A stretch of DNA of 64,000 bases from Cenarchaeum sp. Its GTDB lineage: Archaea > Thermoproteota > Nitrososphaeria > Nitrososphaerales > Nitrosopumilaceae. The position numbers and the translations under genes are program-made. The notes under the pieces are model-generated. The model saw only the letters and a program-made list of their open reading frames with translations, was not told the DNA's origin and ran no database searches. The DNA is taken from positions 256,001 through 320,000 of the forward strand of contig OZ243037.1 in NCBI GenBank assembly GCA_965212015.1, given 5' to 3'. The first letter of the stretch is position 1; each line of letters begins with the position of its first letter. This document shows, piece after piece, positions 60,099 to 64,000 of this stretch.

Positions 60099-60520
60099 TT
60101 GGCTATGTCGGTAAGCTCTGCATATGCACAAACGCCGGAGCTTTTCCTCGATGTGCCCGAAGGCAAACAGGTCTGGACGCACGAGCAGTTTGTCCTGGAT
60201 TCCGGGACATACTTTAGGTTTGTATCGGACACCAGCGGATTTTTCTATCCGCAGTTTATAGACAATATATTGGTTACCGAAATACCATAGACGATTCCCG
60301 CCCGTGACGCATCAAGATGTTTTTTTCAAACCCTGCGTGTGATGATAATCATCATTTCTGTAGACATACACCATGTGCAAACGGGCCGGATCATAACTGC
60401 GATTGGAAACTTTGAATTACTCCCCTGTGCGTGATTCGAAATGATTGAATGGCGCCGGGTAAGGATGACGATGCGAACATTTGTTTCCCGACAATTCCGG
60501 CACAGGGCGCATTAAAATTC
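60099..60520 (+). pseudogene. Degraded secreted-protein gene fragment / dispersed repeat copy
   Basis: SVSSAYAQ signal-peptide end, stop after 63 aa; downstream DNA is similar to 52880-53200. Confidence 0.45.
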
Positions 60521-60766
60521 TTGTTAAATGCCACTGATAATTCAAAGGATGATGTATGGGTTAATTCCTGCATCATACAGTGGATGTATGTGTGATTATT
60601 TATTTCTTTGTATTGTACCGTGTATTGTATGGAAAAGAAAATTGATAAAATTACAATCATGCGAGACCGGACCGTACACTATGATTTGCGGGATATCGCA
60701 GAGTATTCGGCAAACACCAGACAGGCGGCACGGCCGGAGTATTGGACTGTATGACATTCGTGATTC

Positions 60767-61999
60767 CTATGCGCGCTTTCTGGAACGGGGCGTTGCACCG
60801 CCCTTTGCCTTTCTCTTCATCTCTGACATTTCCTTTTGCTGGTCCATATACATGGATTCGAGCGTCTCGAGCCTCTTGCACAGCACGTCAATTTCGGGCT
60901 CTTCGGCGGCCTTGGGCTCTGAGACTGTGGCGCTGCACCCCTTGCAGTGGCTCTTGTCAATATTGTTTCTTTTCCCGCATTTTTCGCACTTTATCATGTA
61001 TAGCTGGTTCCTACCCCTTCCCTTTTTCAGTCCGTGCAGCCTTAGGATGGCGTCCTCCTGGTCAGAGTCGGCAAGATGCTCGTAATATGCGAGCATGTTG
61101 GAGCCTTTCTTCCAGTTGCCATAAACCCTGGCCACGTTGCCCAACGTTTTGGATTTATCAGTCAGCGCCGTGTGCCGGAGCAGGTACGGGTATATCCTTT
61201 TTGATATGCCTGATTTTTTGTAGATGGTATTGAATGCATGCAGGAATATCTTGTATCTGCGATCCGAGCGGTAATTCGAAAAAAACAGGTAGGCGTCATG
61301 GTTTGCCGAGTCGGGATGATCTTCTAGCCACTCTTTTATGGGCTCCCGGGTGGTGACAAGGGCGAGATCCTTGGGCCCTGTCTTGCCGTGCGTGGATACC
61401 CTGACAAAATCCCTGTGGAATTCAAGCCCGCCAATCTTGATGTTGAGCAGCTCCCCCGGGCGGTATGCACCCTCGCGTATGGCGTACAGCATTGCGAGGT
61501 TCTGCTTTACGTACCTGCCGCCCTTTTTCTTTGCCGTCTGAAGCAGGCGGACAAACTGTGCAAAGGTAACGAGATCCTTGGCCTGAAGGGAGCAGTACCT
61601 GTTTTGAAACTCGCCCGGCCTTATCCACGCCACGCGCGGGTCGTACTTTATGTCACGTTTTGGATCGGCTATGTTGCCGTGTATGGCAAAGTGGTATATC
61701 CGCCTGAGCGTCGTCAGCGTGTCCTTTTTTGTAGAGTTGGCCCAGTCGCACGACGCTATCTCCAGGTGTATGTCGTGGATGTTCTTTTTGTTCCACTCGT
61801 TTACCGGCTTGTTGCAGATGGCGAGGATTCTCTTTAATGATTCGGCGTAAAACGATATCCTGGCGTCGGATCGGTTGAGCATTTTGAGTGCGTCGAAAAA
61901 ATCAGACGCAAGCCGGCCGTTGCATTCGCCGTATTGCTCCATGATTGCCATGCGGGCATTTTCGATCTTTTTCCTGCATCCGTGTATGTCCTCTGCCAT
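60767..61999 (-). CDS. Tyrosine recombinase/integrase 1 with C-terminal zinc ribbon and coiled coil
   Basis: R (GAYRPGE), K (HGKTG), YxxR (YLLRH), GNW, catalytic Y (YYEHL), CEKC..CKGC. Confidence 0.92.
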   Translation of the reverse strand: MAEDIHGCRKKIENARMAIMEQYGECNGRLASDFFDALKMLNRSDARISFYAESLKRILAICNKPVNEWNKKNIHDIHLEIASCDWANSTKKDTLTTLRRIYHFAIHGNIADPKRDIKYDPRVAWIRPGEFQNRYCSLQAKDLVTFAQFVRLLQTAKKKGGRYVKQNLAMLYAIREGAYRPGELLNIKIGGLEFHRDFVRVSTHGKTGPKDLALVTTREPIKEWLEDHPDSANHDAYLFFSNYRSDRRYKIFLHAFNTIYKKSGISKRIYPYLLRHTALTDKSKTLGNVARVYGNWKKGSNMLAYYEHLADSDQEDAILRLHGLKKGRGRNQLYMIKCEKCGKRNNIDKSHCKGCSATVSEPKAAEEPEIDVLCKRLETLESMYMDQQKEMSEMKRKAKGGATPRSRKRA

Positions 62000-62401
62000 G
62001 CCTGACCTCTGGAAAAAAAATTATAAAAATACCTGTATTTTAAAATATTAATTTCCCAATTAATTTCTACGTGCCTGTATAATACGGGGTGTTTTCAAGA
62101 CAACGGGCCGGACTTGCAAATCCCGTCATGACGGCGATATCAAGGGAATCGTACCGGTATGACAAACTTTGAACCGCACCGACAGGTTTGTATTGGCATA
62201 TCAGAAACACGCTCCATGTTCATTCATGTGTGTGGCCGCAAACAATTGAACGGCGGAATAAAAATCGACACCTCTCTTGTTGGTGACATTCGATATTTGC
62301 AAGAGCTAGGCACAAGAGTGTGTTACACCATGGTATATGCAATAATCACGACTAGAAACATCGAATCCCTTACACGAAAGATACCCAAAATGGCAGGGGG
62401 G

Positions 62402-62522
62402 CGCCGGGTAGGGATTCGAACCCTTGCGTCGGGATTGTAGGCGTGATTTTGCAGATTTGGGCAGCCTTTTGGCCCTGCCTAGTCGAGATCCATACCGGAA
62501 GGGTTGGAATCCCACACCGGCG
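62402..62522. other. Inverted pair of tRNA-3'-end-like (att-like) sites
   Basis: 62402-62425 read on minus: aagggttcgaatccctacccggcg; 62499-62522 on plus: aagggttggaatcccacaccggcg (20/24 identical); no D-arm or anticodon arm found. Confidence 0.65.
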
Positions 62523-62621
62523 GCCTGTCCAGCACCATACCCTATGGATCGGCGCAGAGCTTGTCGGAGGTTCAATATGAAAGTTCCGGGGGGGCTTAAA
62601 AGGGCCTCACAATTGGGAAAC

Positions 62622-63917
62622 ATGGCAAAATATACCATATCGGAGGACATTCACAACTATGCCCGCAAGATGGAACGGGGCAGAAAGAGGCTCCTGGCGC
62701 ACCCCAGCGGCAAGACTGCCATCGAGTTCCTGGCCGAGCTGGGCCTGCGGGGAATCACTCCTGCAAGGCAGTGCCTGTACCTTGACCGCCTGTTTACCAT
62801 AATGAAGCAGCTTGAAAAGAGCGGGGTGCATATAAGAGACGTTTCGACCGCGCAGTGCAAGGAAATGCTTGCCGACATTATAGCGGGCGACTATGCCGGC
62901 GAGACAAAATCGGCGTATGCCATGTGCCTGCAAAGATTCGTCCACTATGCAAAGACCGGCCTCATCGGCGACCGCCGCACCGGATATGCCGAGGAGGTTG
63001 CCTGGATTATGCCCTCAAAGTACAGGGGCAGAAGATCAAACGTCAGGAAAAAGGACCTGCTGACGCCCGAAGAGTTTGTAAAAATTGTAAAATGCACCAA
63101 AAGCGTCCGGGACAGGGCCATGCTCTGGGTAATGTACGAGGGCGCGTTCCGCCCAGGCGAGATGCTCAACATGCGCGTCGGCGGCATAGAGTTTGCCGAC
63201 GAGTATGTGATAATCAGCACGCACGGCAAGACCGACCAAAAATCTGTCGCCCTGGTCTTTGCGTTCCGTCCCCTGCTGGACTGGCTTGAGGAGCATCCGC
63301 TGTACGATGACCCCGACGCGCCATTATGGTGGTCAAAGTGGTCGCACAACGGATGTGTAAACTATCCCACGCTAAGCAAGGTAGTCACGGTATCTGCCGC
63401 CCGCGCGGGAATAACAAAGCGCGTCTGGGGATACCTGCTGAGGCACTCGCAACTGACGCATCTTGCCACAAAGCTTCCTGACCAGATCCTGCGCGTGTAC
63501 GGCAACTGGTCCCCCGGCTCCAGGATGGTGTCCCGGTACACGCACCTCTCCTCGCGCGATGCCATGAACGCCGTGCTGAGCCTGCACGGCATTGCGCGCG
63601 AGGAGCCAAAGGGCGGGGGACTGATGGTGTGCCCCCGGTGCAACAAGCGCTCGCCGCCGGACGTCCGGCGCTGCACGGAATGCGGATACATGCTTGACGA
63701 GGCCGCGCGCGCGGCACTGACCCGCGACGATCTGGAAAAATCCAGGATACACAGCGGCACGATAAGCATGCCCGCTAAAACAATCACACCCGCAAAAAAT
63801 GCCGGGTTTAGAGTCACCGTCGACGAGGGGCTGTTTGGGGATGGCATGCCGGAGACGGGCGGGGTCCGGGACGCACAGCCTGGCTCCTTTTCGGACTCGG
63901 CCTATGTCGACGTCTAG
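62622..63917 (+). CDS. Tyrosine recombinase/integrase 2 with C-terminal zinc ribbon
   Basis: GAFRPGE, HGKTD, YLLRH, GNW, RYTHL, CPRC..CTEC; start placed at MAKYTISEDIH by alignment with integrase 1 (MAEDIH). Confidence 0.92.
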   Translation: MAKYTISEDIHNYARKMERGRKRLLAHPSGKTAIEFLAELGLRGITPARQCLYLDRLFTIMKQLEKSGVHIRDVSTAQCKEMLADIIAGDYAGETKSAYAMCLQRFVHYAKTGLIGDRRTGYAEEVAWIMPSKYRGRRSNVRKKDLLTPEEFVKIVKCTKSVRDRAMLWVMYEGAFRPGEMLNMRVGGIEFADEYVIISTHGKTDQKSVALVFAFRPLLDWLEEHPLYDDPDAPLWWSKWSHNGCVNYPTLSKVVTVSAARAGITKRVWGYLLRHSQLTHLATKLPDQILRVYGNWSPGSRMVSRYTHLSSRDAMNAVLSLHGIAREEPKGGGLMVCPRCNKRSPPDVRRCTECGYMLDEAARAALTRDDLEKSRIHSGTISMPAKTITPAKNAGFRVTVDEGLFGDGMPETGGVRDAQPGSFSDSAYVDV

Positions 63918-64000
63918 CCCGGCAGCCTTTTGCCGCGGTTTTTTTTGCCCTTAAATGGCCCCCGTATTTGTTGCGTATGCTAAAGATTGGACTTGACATC

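Noticed and set aside
50079-60700. Integron cassette array next to the tyrosine recombinases
   Set aside because: No attC-like RYYYAAC...GTTRRRY palindromes found after the genes, and the integrases are not IntI-like.
62400-62525. Functional tRNA gene
   Set aside because: Only T-arm/acceptor 3' halves are present on either strand; no D-arm, anticodon arm or BHB intron could be folded.
62159-62621. ORF 62159-62440 and the 66-aa N-terminal extension of integrase 2 from 62424
   Set aside because: They overlap the repeat and att-like DNA and lack motifs; homology to integrase 1 starts only at MAKYTISEDIH (62622).

Overview
Archaeal DNA from an ammonia-oxidising-type thaumarchaeon (Nitrosopumilaceae-like), judged from archaeal ribosomal proteins, CdvA, proteasome beta, CDC48, EF-1beta, long ThyX and geranylgeranyl reductase. 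1-20320 is core genome: the L3-L6 ribosomal protein operon on the minus strand plus housekeeping genes. 20340-35160 is a mosaic, largely AT-rich defence island: a DUF2075 nuclease-helicase, a type II REase with a C5 MTase, then a DISARM-like block in which DrmA and DrmB are fused into one 2155-aa protein, followed by DrmC (PLD), an unrecognised 487-aa gene and a second C5 MTase. 35167-49757 is mostly core genes again (pth2, truD, speB, rps26e, NAD kinase, pyrG). 49800-64000 is an accessory region of secreted-protein genes and gene fragments, a DUF3800 gene flanked by relics of an anti-phage dCTP deaminase-like gene, an IS630 element, dispersed repeats, and two divergent paralogous tyrosine integrases around inverted tRNA-3'-end-like sites. 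The strongest candidates for an undescribed system are the fused-DrmAB DISARM variant and the twin-integrase/att-like hub. All family calls are from motif recognition by eye; no database searches were run.
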